64,000 nucleotides of DNA from Eledone cirrhosa. Its lineage: Eukaryota. Each line of letters opens with the position of its first letter. Position 1 is the first letter of the stretch. Made by a program: the position numbers and the translations under genes. Below are positions 30,060 to 45,700 of this stretch, one piece after another. A model generated the notes under the pieces. The model made no database searches. It saw only the letters and a list, made by a program, of their open reading frames with translations, and was not told where the DNA came from. The stretch covers positions 210,180,001 through 210,244,000 of the forward strand of contig OZ024743.1 in assembly GCA_964016885.1 (NCBI GenBank). Direction: 5' to 3'.

Positions 30060-33000
30060 GAAAGCTCTTCACTCCATAAGATATACCACAGTTTACCATC
30101 CTATAGCCACACATGAGAGCTCTTCACTCCATAAGATATACCACAGTTTACCATCCTATGGCCACATATGAAAGCTCTTCACCCCATAAGATATACCTCA
30201 GTTTACCATCCTATAGCCACAGATGAAAGCTCTTCACTCCATAAGATATACCACAGTTTACCATCCTATAGCCACACATGAAAGCTCTTCACTCCATAAG
30301 ATATACCACAGTTTACCATCCTATAGCCAGATGAAAGCTCTTCACTCCATAAGATATACGACAGTTTACCATCCTATAGCCACACATGAAAGCTCTTCAA
30401 TCCATAAGATATACCCCAGTTTACTTCCTATTGCCAGATGAAAGCTCTTCACTCCATAAGATATACCAGTTTACCACCCTATAGCCACAGATGAAAGCTC
30501 TTCACTCCATGAGATATACCACAGTTTACCATCCTATAGCCACGCCACGGATGAAAGCTCTTCACTCCATAAGATATACCACAGTTTACAATCCTATAGC
30601 CACAGATGAAAGCTCTTCACTCCATAAGATATACCACAGTTTACCATCCTATGGCCACAGAGGAAAGCTCTTCACTCCATAAGATATACCACAGTTTACC
30701 ATCCTATAGCCACAGATGAAAGCTCTTCACTCCATAAGATATACCACAGTTTACCATCCTATAGCCACACATGAAAGCTCTTCACTCCATAAGATATACC
30801 ACAGTTTACCATCCTATAGTCAAGCCACGGATGAAAGCTCTTCACTCCATAAGATATACCACAGATTACCATCCTATAGTCACACATGAAAGCTCTTTAC
30901 TCCATAAAATATAACACAGTTTACCATCCTATAGCCAGATGAAAGCTCTTCACTCCATAAGATATACCACAGTTTACCATCCTATAGCCAGATGAAAGCT
31001 CTTCACTCCATAAGATATACCACAGTTAACCATCCTATATCCACAGATGAAAGCTGTTCACTCCATAAGATATACCACAGTTTACCATCCTATGGCCACA
31101 GATGAAAGCTCTTCACTCCATAAGATATACCACAGTTTACCATCCTATAGCCACAGATGAAAGCTCTTCACTCCATAAGATATACCACAGTTTACAATCC
31201 TATAGCCACACATGAAATCTCTTCACTCCATAAGATATACCACAGATTACCATCCTATAGTCAAGCCACGGATGAAAGCTCTTCACTCCATAAGATATAC
31301 CACAGTTTACCATCCTATAGTCACACATGAAAGCTCTTCACTCCATAAGATATAACACAGTTTACCATCCTATAGCCAGATGAAAGCTCTTCACTCCATA
31401 AGATATACCACAGTTTACCATCCTATAGCCACAGATGAAAGCTCTTCACTCCATAAGATATACCACAGTTTACCATCCTATAGCCACAGATGAAAGCTCT
31501 TCACTCCATAAGATATACCACAGTTTACCATCCTATAGCCACACATGAAAGCTCTTCACTCCATAAGATATACCACAGTTTACCATCCTATATCCACACA
31601 TGAAAGCTTTTCACTCCATAAGATATACCACAGTTTACCATCCTATAGCCAGATGAAAGCTCTTCACTCCATAAGATATACCACAGTTTACCATCCTATA
31701 GCAAGATGAAAGCTCTTCACTCCATAAGATATACGACAGTTTACCATCCTATAGCCACACATGAAAACTCTTCAATCCATAAGATATACCTCAGTTTACC
31801 ATCTTATAGCCACAGATGAAAGCTCTTCACTCCATAAGATATACCACGGTTTACCATCCTATAGCCACACATGAAAGCTCTTCACGCCATAAGATATACC
31901 TCAGTTTACCATCCTATAGCCATAGATGAAAGCTCTTCACTCCATAAGATATACCACAGTTTACCATCCTATAGCCACACATGAGAGCTCTTCACTCCAT
32001 AAGATATACCACAGTTTACCATCCTATAGCCACAGATGAAAGCTCATCACTCCATAAGATATACCACAGTTTACCATCCTATGGCCACATATGAAAGCTC
32101 TTCACCCCATAAGATATACCTCAGTTTACCATCCTATAGCCACAGATGAAAGCTCTTCACTCCATAAGATATACCACAGTTTACCATCCTATAGCCACAG
32201 ATGAAAGCTCTTCACTCCATAAGATATACCACAGTTTACTATCCTATAGCCACACATGAAAGCTCTTCACTCCATAAGATATACCACAGTTTACCATCCT
32301 ATAGCCACACATGAAAGCTCTTCACTCCATAAGATATACCACAGTTTACCATCCTATAGCCACAGATGAAAGCTCTTCACCCCATAAGATATACCACAGT
32401 TTACCATCCTATAGCCACGCTTCAAAGCTCTTCACCCCATAAGATATACCACAGTTTACCATCCTATTGCCACACATGAAAGTTCTTCACTCGATAAGAT
32501 ATACCACAGTTTACCATCCTATAGCCACACATGAAAGCTCTTCACTCCATAAGATATACCACAGTTTACCATCCTATAGCCAGATGAAAGCTCTTCACTC
32601 CATAAGATATACGACAGTTTACCATCCTATAGCCACACATGAAAGCTCTTAACTCCATAAGATACACCCCAGTTTACCATCCTATTGCCAGATGAAAGCT
32701 CTTCACTCCATAAGATATACCAGTTTACCACCCTATAGCCACAGATGAAAGCTCTTCACTCCATGAGATATACCACAGTTTACCATCCTATAGCCACGCC
32801 ACGGATGAAAGCTCTTCACTCCATAAGGTAAACCACAGTTTACAATCCTATAGCCACAGATGAAAGCTCTTCACTCCATAAGATATACCACAGTTTACCA
32901 TCCTATGGCCACAGATGAAAGCTCTTCACTCCATAAGATATACCACAGTTTACCATCCTATAGCCACAGATGAAAGCTCTTCACTCTATAAGATATACCA

Positions 33001-36000
33001 CAGTTTACCATCCTATAGCCACACATGAAAGCTCTTCACTCCATAAGATATACCACAGTTTACCATCCTCTAGTCAAGCCACGGATGAAAGCTCTTCACT
33101 CCATAAGATATACCACAGTTTACCATCCTATAGTCACACATGAAAGCTCTTCACTCCATAAGATATAACACAGTTTACCATCCTATAGCCAGATGAAAGC
33201 TCTTCACTCCATAAGATATACCACAGTTTACCATCCTATAGCCACAGATGAAAGCTCTTCACTCCATAAGATATACCACAGTTTACCATCCTATAGCCAC
33301 AGATGAAAGCTCTTCACTCCATAAGATATACCACAGTTTACCATCCTATAGCCACAGATGAAAGCTGTTCACTCCATAAGATATACCACAGTTTACCATC
33401 CTATAGCCACAGATGAAAGCTCTTCACTCCATAAGATAAACCACAGTTTACCATCCTATAGCCACTCATGAAAACTCTTCAATCCATAAGATATACCTCA
33501 GTTTACCATCTTATAGCAACAGATGAAAGCTCTTCACTCCATAAGATATACCACGGTTTACCATCCTATAGCCACACATGAAAGCTCTTCACGCCATAAG
33601 ATATACCTCAGTTTACCATCCTATAGCCATAGATGAAAGCTCTTCACTCCATAAGATATACCACAGTTTACCATCCTATAGCCACACATGAGAGCTCTTC
33701 ACTCCATAAGATATACCACAGTTTACCATCCTATAGCCACAGATGAAAGCTCTTCACTCCATAAGATATACCACAGTTTACCATCCTATAGCCACACATG
33801 AGAGCTCTTCACTCCATAAGATATACCACAGTTTACCATCCTATGGCCACATATGAAAGCTCTTCACCCCATAAGATATACCACAGTTTACCATCCTATA
33901 GCCACAGATGAAAGCTCTTCACTCCATAAGATATACCACAGTTTACCATCCTATAGCCACACATGAGAGCTCTTCACTCCATAAGATATACCACAGTTTA
34001 CCATCCTATGGCCACATATGAAAGCTCTTCACCCCATAAGATATACCTCAGTTTACCATCCTATAGCCACAGATGAAAGCTCTTCACTCCATAAGATATA
34101 CCACAGTTTACCATCCTATAGCCACACATGAAAGCTCTTCACTCCATAAGATATACCACAGTTTACCATCCTATAGCCAGATGAAAGCTCTTCACTCCAT
34201 AAGATATACGACAGTTTACCATCCTATAGCCACACATGAAAGCTCTTCAATCCATAAGATATACCCCAGTTTACTTCCTATTGCCAGATGAAAGCTCTTC
34301 ACTCCATAAGATATACCAGTTTACCACCCTATAGCCACAGATGAAAGCTCTTCACTCCATGAGATATACCACAGTTTACCATCCTATAGCCACGCCACGG
34401 ATGAAAGCTCTTCACTCCATAAGATATACCACAGTTTACAATCCTATAGCCACAGATGAAAGCTCTTCACTCCATAAGATATACCACAGTTTACCATCCT
34501 ATGGCCACAGAGGAAAGCTCTTCACTCCATAAGATATACCACAGTTTACCATCCTATAGCCACAGATGAAAGCTCTTCACTCCATAAGATATACCACAGT
34601 TTACCATCCTATAGCCACACATGAAAGCTCTTCACTCCATAAGATATACCACAGTTTACCATCCTATAGTCAAGCCACGGATGAAAGCTCTTCACTCCAT
34701 AAGATATACCACAGATTACCATCCTATAGTCACACATGAAAGCTCTTTACTCCATAAAATATAACACAGTTTACCATCCTATAGCCAGATGAAAGCTCTT
34801 CACTCCATAAGATATACCACAGTTTACCATCCTATAGCCAGATGAAAGCTCTTCACTCCATAAGATATACCACAGTTAACCATCCTATATCCACAGATGA
34901 AAGCTGTTCACTCCATAAGATATACCACAGTTTACCATCCTATGGCCACAGATGAAAGCTCTTCACTCCATAAGATATACCACAGTTTACCATCCTATAG
35001 CCACAGATGAAAGCTCTTCACTCCATAAGATATACCACAGTTTACAATCCTATAGCCACACATGAAATCTCTTCACTCCATAAGATATACCACAGATTAC
35101 CATCCTATAGTCAAGCCACGGATGAAAGCTCTTCACTCCATAAGATATACCACAGTTTACCATCCTATAGTCACACATGAAAGCTCTTCACTCCATAAGA
35201 TATAACACAGTTTACCATCCTATAGCCAGATGAAAGCTCTTCACTCCATAAGATATACCACAGTTTACCATCCTATAGCCACAGATGAAAGCTCTTCACT
35301 CCATAAGATATACCACAGTTTACCATCCTATAGCCACAGATGAAAGCTCTTCACTCCATAAGATATACCACAGTTTACCATCCTATAGCCACACATGAAA
35401 GCTCTTCACTCCATAAGATATACCACAGTTTACCATCCTATATCCACACATGAAAGCTTTTCACTCCATAAGATATACCACAGTTTACCATCCTATAGCC
35501 AGATGAAAGCTCTTCACTCCATAAGATATACCACAGTTTACCATCCTATAGCAAGATGAAAGCTCTTCACTCCATAAGATATACGACAGTTTACCATCCT
35601 ATAGCCACACATGAAAACTCTTCAATCCATAAGATATACCTCAGTTTACCATCTTATAGCCACAGATGAAAGCTCTTCACTCCATAAGATATACCACGGT
35701 TTACCATCCTATAGCCACACATGAAAGCTCTTCACGCCATAAGATATACCTCAGTTTACCATCCTATAGCCATAGATGAAAGCTCTTCACTCCATAAGAT
35801 ATACCACAGTTTACCATCCTATAGCCACACATGAGAGCTCTTCACTCCATAAGATATACCACAGTTTACCATCCTATAGCCACAGATGAAAGCTCATCAC
35901 TCCATAAGATATACCACAGTTTACCATCCTATGGCCACATATGAAAGCTCTTCACTCTATAAGATATACCACAGTTTACCATCCTATAGCCACACATGAA

Positions 36001-38120
36001 AGCTCTTCACTCCATAAGATATACCACAGTTTACCATCCTATATCCACACATGAAAGCTTTTCACTCCATAAGATATACCACAGTTTACCATCCTATAGC
36101 CAGATGAAAGCTCTTCACTCCATAAGATATACCACAGTTTACCATCCTATAGCAAGATGAAAGCTCTTCACTCCATAAGATATACGACAGTTTACCATCC
36201 TATAGCCACACATGAAAACTCTTCAATCCATAAGATATACCTCAGTTTACCATCTTATAGCCACAGATGAAAGCTCTTCACCCCATAAGATATACCTCAG
36301 TTTACCATCCTATAGCCACAGATGAAAGCTCTTCACTCCATAAGATATACCACAGTTTACCATCCTATAGCCACAGATGAAAGCTCTTCACTCCATAAGA
36401 TATACCACAGTTTACTATCCTATAGCCACACATGAAAGCTCTTCACTCCATAAGATATACCACAGTTTACCATCCTATAGCCACACATGAAAGCTCTTCA
36501 CTCCATAAGATATACCACAGTTTACCATCCTATAGCCACAGATGAAAGCTCTTCACCCCATAAGATATACCACAGTTTACCATCCTATAGCCACGCTTCA
36601 AAGCTCTTCACCCCATAAGATATACCACAGTTTACCATCCTATTGCCACACATGAAAGTTCTTCACTCGATAAGATATACCACAGTTTACCATCCTATAG
36701 CCACACATGAAAGCTCTTCACTCCATAAGATATACCACAGTTTACCATCCTATAGCCAGATGAAAGCTCTTCACTCCATAAGATATACGACAGTTTACCA
36801 TCCTATAGCCACACATGAAAGCTCTTAACTCCATAAGATACACCCCAGTTTACCATCCTATTGCCAGATGAAAGCTCTTCACTCCATAAGATATACCAGT
36901 TTACCACCCTATAGCCACAGATGAAAGCTCTTCACTCCATGAGATATACCACAGTTTACCATCCTATAGCCACGCCACGGATGAAAGCTCTTCACTCCAT
37001 AAGATAAACCACAGTTTACAATCCTATAGCCACAGATGAAAGCTCTTCACTCCATAAGATATACCACAGTTTACCATCCTATGGCCACAGATGAAAGCTC
37101 TTCACTCCATAAGATATACCACAGTTTACCATCCTATAGCCACAGATGAAAGCTCTTCACTCTATAAGATATACCACAGTTTACCATCCTATAGCCACAC
37201 ATGAAAGCTCTTCACTCCATAAGATATACCACAGTTTACCATCCTCTAGTCAAGCCACGGATGAAAGCTCTTCACTCCATAAGATATACCACAGTTTACC
37301 ATCCTATAGTCACACATGAAAGCTCTTCACTCCATAAGATATAACACAGTTTACCATCCTATAGCCAGATGAAAGCTCTTCACTCCATAAGATATACCAC
37401 AGTTTACCATCCTATAGCCACAGATGAAAGCTCTTCACTCCATAAGATATACCACAGTTTACCATCCTATAGCCACAGATGAAAGCTCTTCACTCCATAA
37501 GATATACCACAGTTTACCATCCTATAGCCACAGATGAAAGCTGTTCACTCCATAAGATATACCACAGTTTACCATCCTATAGCCACAGATGAAAGCTCTT
37601 CACTCCATAAGATAGACCACAGTTTACCATCCTATAGCCACTCATGAAAACTCTTCAATCCATAAGATATACCTCAGTTTACCATCTTATAGCAACAGAT
37701 GAAAGCTCTTCACTCCATAAGATATACCACGGTTTACCATCCTATAGCCACACATGAAAGCTCTTCACGCCATAAGATATACCTCAGTTTACCATCCTAT
37801 AGCCATAGATGAAAGCTCTTCACTCCATAAGATATACCACAGTTTACCATCCTATAGCCACACATGAGAGCTCTTCACTCCATAAGATATACCACAGTTT
37901 ACCATCCTATAGCCACAGATGAAAGCTCTTCACTCCATAAGATATACCACAGTTTACCATCCTATAGCCACACATGAGAGCTCTTCACTCCATAAGATAT
38001 ACCACAGTTTACCATCCTATGGCCACATATGAAAGCTCTTCACCCCATAAGATATACCACAGTTTACCATCCTATAGCCACAGATGAAAGCTCTTCACTC
38101 CATAAGATATACCACAGTTT
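30060..38120. repeat. Tandem block duplication, 3850-bp period, with a 326-bp insertion in the second copy
   Basis: TTACTTCCTA at 30421/34271 (3850); CCACGCTTCAAAG at 32415/36591 (4176); ORF offsets 30223/34073 and 32467/36643 agree. Confidence 0.9.
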
Positions 38121-41100
38121 ACTATCCTATAGCCACACATGAAAGCTCTTCACTCCATAAGATATACCACAGTTTACCATCCTATGGCCACACATGAAAG
38201 CTCTTCACCCCATAAGATATACCACAGTTTACCATCCTATAGCTACACATGAAAGCTGTTCACTCCATAAAATATACCACAGTTTACCATCCTATAGCCA
38301 CAGATGAAAGCTCTTCCCCCCATAAGATATACCACAGTTTACCATCCTATAGCCACACATGAAAGCTCTTCACCCCATAAGATATACCACAGTTTACCAT
38401 CCTATTGCCACACATGAAAGTTCTTCACTCGATAAGATATACCACAGTTTACCATCCTATAGCCACACATGAAAGCTCTTCACTCCATAAGATATACCAC
38501 AGTTTACCATCCTATAGCCAGATGAAAGCTCTTCACTCCATAAGATATACGACAGTTTACCATCCTATAGCCACACATGAAAGCTCTTCAATCCATAAGA
38601 TATACCCCAGTTTACCATCCTATTGCCAGATGAAAGCTCTTCACTCCATAAGATATACCAGTTTACCACCCTATAGCCACAGATGAAAGCTCTTCACTCC
38701 ATGAGATATACCACAGTTTACCATCCTATAGCCACGCCACGGATGAAAGCTCTTCACTCCATAAGATATACCACAGTTTACAATCCTATAGCCACGGATG
38801 AAAGCTCTTCACTCCATAAGATATACCACAGTTTACCATCCTATAGTCAAGCCACGGATGAAAGCTCTTCACTCCATAAGATATACCACAGTTTACCATC
38901 CTTTAGTCACACATGAAAGCTCTTCACTCCATAAGATATAACACAGTTTACCATCCTATAGCCAGATGAAAGCTCTTCACTCCATAAGATATACCACAGT
39001 TTACCATCCTATAGCCACAGATGAAAACTCTTCACTCCATAAGATATACCACAGTTTACCATCCTATAGCCACAGATGAAAGCTGTTCACTCCATAAGAT
39101 ATACCACAGTTTACCATCCTATAGCCACAGATGAAAGCTCTTCACTCCATAAGATATACCACAGTTTACCATCCTATAGCCACACATGAAAGCTCTTCAC
39201 TCCATAAGATATACCACAGTTTACCATCCTATAGCCAGATGAAAGCTCTTCACTCCATAAGATATACCACAGTTAACCATCCTATAGCCACAGATGAAAG
39301 CTCTTCACTCCAAAAGATATACCACAGTTTACCATCCTATAGCCACAGATGAAAGCTCTTCACTCCAAAAGATATACCACAGTTAACCATCCTATAGCCA
39401 CAGATGAAAGCTCTTCACTCCAAAAGATATACCACAGTTAACCATCCTATAGCCACAGATGAAAGCTCTTCACTCCAAAAGATATACCACAGTTTACCAT
39501 CCTATAGCCACAGATGAAAGCTGTTCACTCCATAAGATATACCACAGTTTACCATCCTATAGCCACACATGAAAGCTCTTCACTCCATAAGATATACCAC
39601 AGTTTACCATCCTATAGCCACACATGAAAGCTCTTCACTCCATAAGATATACCACGGTTTACCATCCTATAGCCACACATGAAAGCTCTTCACTCCATAA
39701 GATATACCACAGTTTACCATCCTATAGCCACACATGAAAGCTCTTCACTCCATAAGATATACCACGGTTTACCATCCTATAGCCACACATGAAAGCTCTT
39801 CACGCCATAAGATATACCACAGTTTACCATCCTATAGCCACACATGAAAGCTCTTCACTCCATAAGATATACCACGGTTTACCATCCTATAGCCACACAT
39901 GAAAGCTCTTCACGCCATAAGATATACCTCAGTTTACCATCCTATAGCCACAGATGAAAGCTCTTCACTCCATAAGATATACCACAGCTTACCATCCTAT
40001 AGCCACAGATGAAAGCTCATCACTCCATAAGATATACCACAGTTTACCATCCTATAGCCACACATGAAAGCTCTTCACTCCATAAGATATACCACAGTTT
40101 ACCATCCTATAGCCACACATGAAAGCTCTTCATCCCATAAGATATACCACAGTTTATCATCCTATAGCCACACATGAAAGCTCTTCACGCCATAAGATAT
40201 ACCTCAGTTTACCATCCTATAGCCACAGATGAAAGCTCTTCACCCCATAAGATATACCACAGTTTACCATCCTATAGCCACAGATGAAAGCTCTTCACCC
40301 CATAAGATATACCACAGTTTACCATCCTATTGCCACACATGAAAGTTCTTCACTCGATAAGATATACCACAGTTTACCATCCTATAGCCACACATGAAAG
40401 CTCTTCACTCAATAAGATATACCACAGTTTACCATCCTATAGCCAGATGAAAGCTCTTCACTCCATAAGATATACCACAGTTTACCATCCTATAGCCACA
40501 GATGAAAGCTCTTCACTCCATAAGATATACCACAGTTTACCATCCTATAGCCACAGATGAAAGCTCTTCACTCCATAAGATATACCACAGTTTACCATCC
40601 TATAGCCACAGATGAAAGTTGTTCACTCCATAAGATATACCACAGTTTACCGTCCTATAGCCACAGATTAAAGCTCTTCACTCCATAAGATATACCACAG
40701 TTTACCATCCTATAGCCACACATGAAAGCTCTTCACTCCATAAGATATACCACAGTTTACTATCCTATAGCCAGATGAAAGCTCTTCACTCCATAAGATA
40801 TACCACAGTTAACCATCCTATAGCCACAGATGAAAGCTCTTCACTCCAAAAGATATACCACAGTTTACCATCCTATAGCCACAGAGGAAAGCTGTTCACT
40901 CCCTAAGATATACCACAGTTTACCATCCTATATCCAGATGAAAGCTCTTCACTCCATAAGATATACCACAGTTTACCATCCTATAGCCACAGATGAAAGC
41001 TGTTCACTCCATAAGATATACCACAGTTTACCATCCTATAGCCAGATGAAAGCTCTTCACTCCATAAGATATACCACAGTTTACCATCCTAAAGCCACAG

Positions 41101-44100
41101 ATGAAAGCTCTTCACTCCATAAGCTATACCACAGTTTACCATCCTATAGCCACAGATGAAAGCTCTTCACTCCATAAGATATACCACAGTTTACCATGCT
41201 ATAGCCACAGATGAAAGCTCTTCACTCCATAAGATATACCACAGTTTACCATCCTATAGCCACAGATGAAAGCTGTTCACTCCATAAGATATACCACAGT
41301 TTACCATCCTATAGCCAGATGAAAGCTCTTCACTCCATAAGATATACCACAGTTTACCATCCTAAAGCCACAGATGAAAGCTCTTCACTCCATAAGATAT
41401 ACCACAGTTTACCATCCTATAGTCACACATGAAAGCTCTTCACTCCATAAGATATACCACAGTTTACCATCCTATAGCCAGATGAAAGCTCTTCACTCCA
41501 TAAGATATACCACAGTTTACCATCCTATAGCAAGATGAAAGCTCTTCACTCCATAAGATATACGACAGTTTACCATCCTATAGCCACACATGAAAACTCT
41601 TCAATCCATCAGATATACCTCAGTTTACCATCCTATAGCCACACATGAAAGCTCTTCACTCCATAAGATATACCACGGTTTACCATCCTATAGCCACACA
41701 TGAAAGCTCTTCACGCCATAAGATATACCTCAGTTTACCATCCTATAGCCACAGATGAAAGCTCTTCACTCCATAAGATATACCACAGTTTACCATCCTA
41801 TAGCCACACATGAGAGCTTTTCACTCCATAAGATATACCACAGTTTACCATCCTATGGCCACACATGAAAGCTCTTCACCCCATAAGATATACCACAGTT
41901 TACCATCCTATAGCCACACATGAAAGCTCTTCACTCCATAAGATATACCACAGTTTACCATCCTATAGCCACAGATGAAAGCTCTTCACCCCATAAGATA
42001 TACCACAGTTTACCATCCTATAGCCACACATGAAAGCTCTTCACCCCATAAGATATACCACAGTTTACCATCCTATTGCCACACATGAAAGTTCTTCACT
42101 CGATAAGATATACCACAGTTTACCATCCTATAGCCACACATGAAAGCTCTTCACTCCATAAGATATACCACAGTTTACCATCCTATAGCCAGATGAAAGC
42201 TCTTCACTCCATAAGATATACCACAGTTTACCATCCTATAGCCACAGATGAAAGCTCTTCACTCCATAAGATATACCACAGTTTACCATCCTATAGCCAC
42301 AGATGAAAGCTCTTCACTCCATAAGATATACCACAGTTTACCATCCTATAGCCACAGATGAAAGCTGTTCACTCCATAAGATATACCACAGTTTACCATC
42401 CTATAGCCAGATGAAAGCTCTTCACTCCATAAGATATACCACAGTTTACCATCCTATAGCAAGATGAAAGCTCTTCACTCCATAAGATATACGACAGTTT
42501 ACCATCCTATAGCCACACATGAAAACTCTTCAATCCATAAGATATACCTCAGTTTACCATCTTATAGCCACAGATGAAAGCTCTTCACTCCATAAGATAT
42601 ACCACGGTTTACCATCCTATAGCCACACATGAAAGCTCTTCACGCCATAAGATATACCTCAGTTTACCATCCTATAGCCATAGATGAAAGCTCTTCACTC
42701 CATAAGATATACCACAGTTTACCATCCTATAGCCACACATGAGAGCTCTTCACTCCATAAGATATACCACAGTTTACCATCCTATGGCCACATATGAAAG
42801 CTCTTCACCCCATAAGATATACCACAGTTTACCATCCTATAGCCACAAATGAAAGCTCTTCACTCCATAAGATATACCACAGTTTACTATCCTATAGCCA
42901 CACATGAAAGCTCTTCACTCCATAAGATATACCACAGTTTACCATCCTATGGCCACACATGAAAGCTCTTCACCCCATAAGATATACCACAGTTTACCAT
43001 CCTATAGCTACACATGAAAGCTCTTCACTCCATAAAATATACCACAGTTTACCATCCTATAGCCACAGATGAAAGCTCTTCCCCCCATAAGATATACCAC
43101 AGTTTACCATCCTATAGCCACACATGAAAGCTCTTCACCCCATAAGATATACCACAGTTTACCATCCTATTGCCACACATGAAAGTTCTTCACTCGATAA
43201 GATATACCACAGTTTACCATCCTATAGCCACACATGAAAGCTCTTCACTCCATAAGATATACCACAGTTTACCATCCTATAGCCAGATGAAAGCTCTTCA
43301 CTCCATAAGATATACGACAGTTTACCATCCTATAGCCACACATGAAAGCTCTTCAATCCATAAGATATACCCCAGTTTACCATCCTATTGCCAGATGAAA
43401 GCTCTTCACTCCATAAGATATACCAGTTTACCACCCTATAGCCACAGATGAAAGCTCTTCACTCCATGAGATATACCACAGTTTACCATCCTATAGCCAC
43501 GCCACGGATGAAAGCTCTTCACTCCATAAGATATACCACAGTTTACAATCCTATAGCCACAGATGAAAGCTCTTCACTCCATAAGATATACCACAGTTTA
43601 CCATCCTATGGCCACAGATGAAAGCTCTTCACTCCATAAGATATACCACAGTTTACCATCCTATAGCCACAGATGAAAGCTCTTCACTCCATAAGATATA
43701 CCACAGTTTACCATCCTATAGCCACAGATGAAAGCTCTTCACTCCATAAGATATACCACAGTTTACCATCCTATAGCCACACATGAAAGCTCTTCACTCC
43801 ATAAGATATACCACAGTTTACCATCCTATAGTCAAGCCACGGATGAAAGCTCTTCACTCCATAAGATATACCACAGTTTACCATCCTATAGTCACACATG
43901 AAAGCTCTTCACTCCATAAGATATAACACAGTTTACCATCCTATAGCCAGATGAAAGCTCTTCACTCCATAAGATATACCACAGTTTACCATCCTATAGC
44001 CACAGATGAAAGCTCTTCACTCCATAAGATATACCACAGTTTACCATCCTATAGCCACAGATGAAAACTCTTCACTCCATAAGATATACCACAGTTTACC

Positions 44101-45700
44101 ATCCTATAGCCACAGATGAAAGCTGTTCACTCCATAAGATATACCACAGTTTACCATCCTATAGCCACAGATGAAAGCTCTTCACTCCATAAGATATACC
44201 ACAGTTTACCATCCTATAGCCACACATGAAAGCTCTTCACTCCATAAGATATACCACAGTTTACCATCCTATAGCCAGATGAAAGCTCTTCACTCCATAA
44301 GATATACCACAGTTAACCATCCTATAGCCACAGATGAAAGCTCTTCACTCCAAAAGATATACCACAGTTTACCATCCTATAGCCACAGATGAAAGCTGTT
44401 CACTCCATAAGATATACCACAGTTTACCATCCTAAAGCCACAGATGAAAGCTCTTCACTCCATAATATATACGACAGTTTACCATCCTATAGCCACACAT
44501 GAAAACTCTTCAATCCATAAGATATACCTCAGTTTACCATCTTATAGCCACAGATGAAAGCTCTTCACTCCATAAGATATACAACGGTTTACCATCCTAT
44601 AGCCACACATGAAAGCTCTTCACGCCATAAGATATACCTCAGTTTACCATCCTATAGCCACAGATGAAAGCTCTTCACTCCATAAGATATACCACAGCTT
44701 ACCATCCTATAGCCACACATGAGAGCTTTTCACTCCATAAGATATACCACAGTTTACCATCCTATAGCCACAGATGAAAGCTCATCACTCCATAAGATAT
44801 ACCACAGTTTACCATCCTATAGCCACAGATGAAAGCTCTTCACTCCATAAGATATACCACAGTTTACCATCCTATAGCCACACATGAAAGCTCTTCACTC
44901 CATAAGATATACCACAGTTTACCATCCTATGGCCACACATGAAAGCTCTTCATCCCATAAGATATACCACAGTTTACCATCCTATAGCCACACATGAAAG
45001 CTCTTCACTCCATAAGATATACCACAGTTTACCATCCTATAGCCACAGATGAAAGCTCTTCACCCCATAAGATATACCACAGTTTACCATCCTATAGCCA
45101 CACATGAAAGCTCTTCACCCCATAAGATATACCACAGTTTACCATCCTATTGCCACACATGAAAGTTCTTCACTCGATAAGATATACCACAGTTTACCAT
45201 CCTATAGCCACACATGAAAGCTCTTCACTCAATAAGATATACCACAGTTTACCATCCTATAGCCAGATGAAAGCTCTTCACTCCATAAGATATACCACAG
45301 TTTACCATCCTATAGCCACAGATGAAAGCTCTTCACTCCATAAGATATACCACAGTTTACCATCCTATAGCCACAGATGAAAGCTCTTCACTCCATAAGA
45401 TATACCACAGTTTACCATCCTATAGCCACAGATGAAAGTTGTTCACTCCATAAGATATACCACAGTTTACCATCCTATAGCCACAGATGAAAGCTCTTCA
45501 CTCCATAAGATATACCACAGTTTACCATCCTATAGCCACACATGAAAGCTCTTCACTCCATAAGATATACCACAGTTTACTATCCTATAGCCAGATGAAA
45601 GCTCTTCACTCCATAAGATATACCACAGTTAACCATCCTATAGCCACAGATGAAAGCTCTTCACTCCAAAAGATATACCACAGTTTACCATCCTATAGCC
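38000..45700. repeat. Older, rearranged block duplication with ~4.7-5.0 kb offset
   Basis: Shared rare markers CATCCCATAA (40131/44951), CTCAATAAG (40408/45228), AAAGTTGTTC, CAGCTTACC, TTCCCCCCATA; ORF offsets of 4765, 5040 and 4820. Confidence 0.75.

Noticed and set aside
30060-33909. Length compensation keeping HORs at multiples of 55 (3850 = 70x55; 2969 = 54x55-1)
   Set aside because: Other periods deviate (1974, 2352, 3125 and 5100 are 6, 13, 10 and 15 bp short), so near-multiples are just the sum of -2 and +5 variants.
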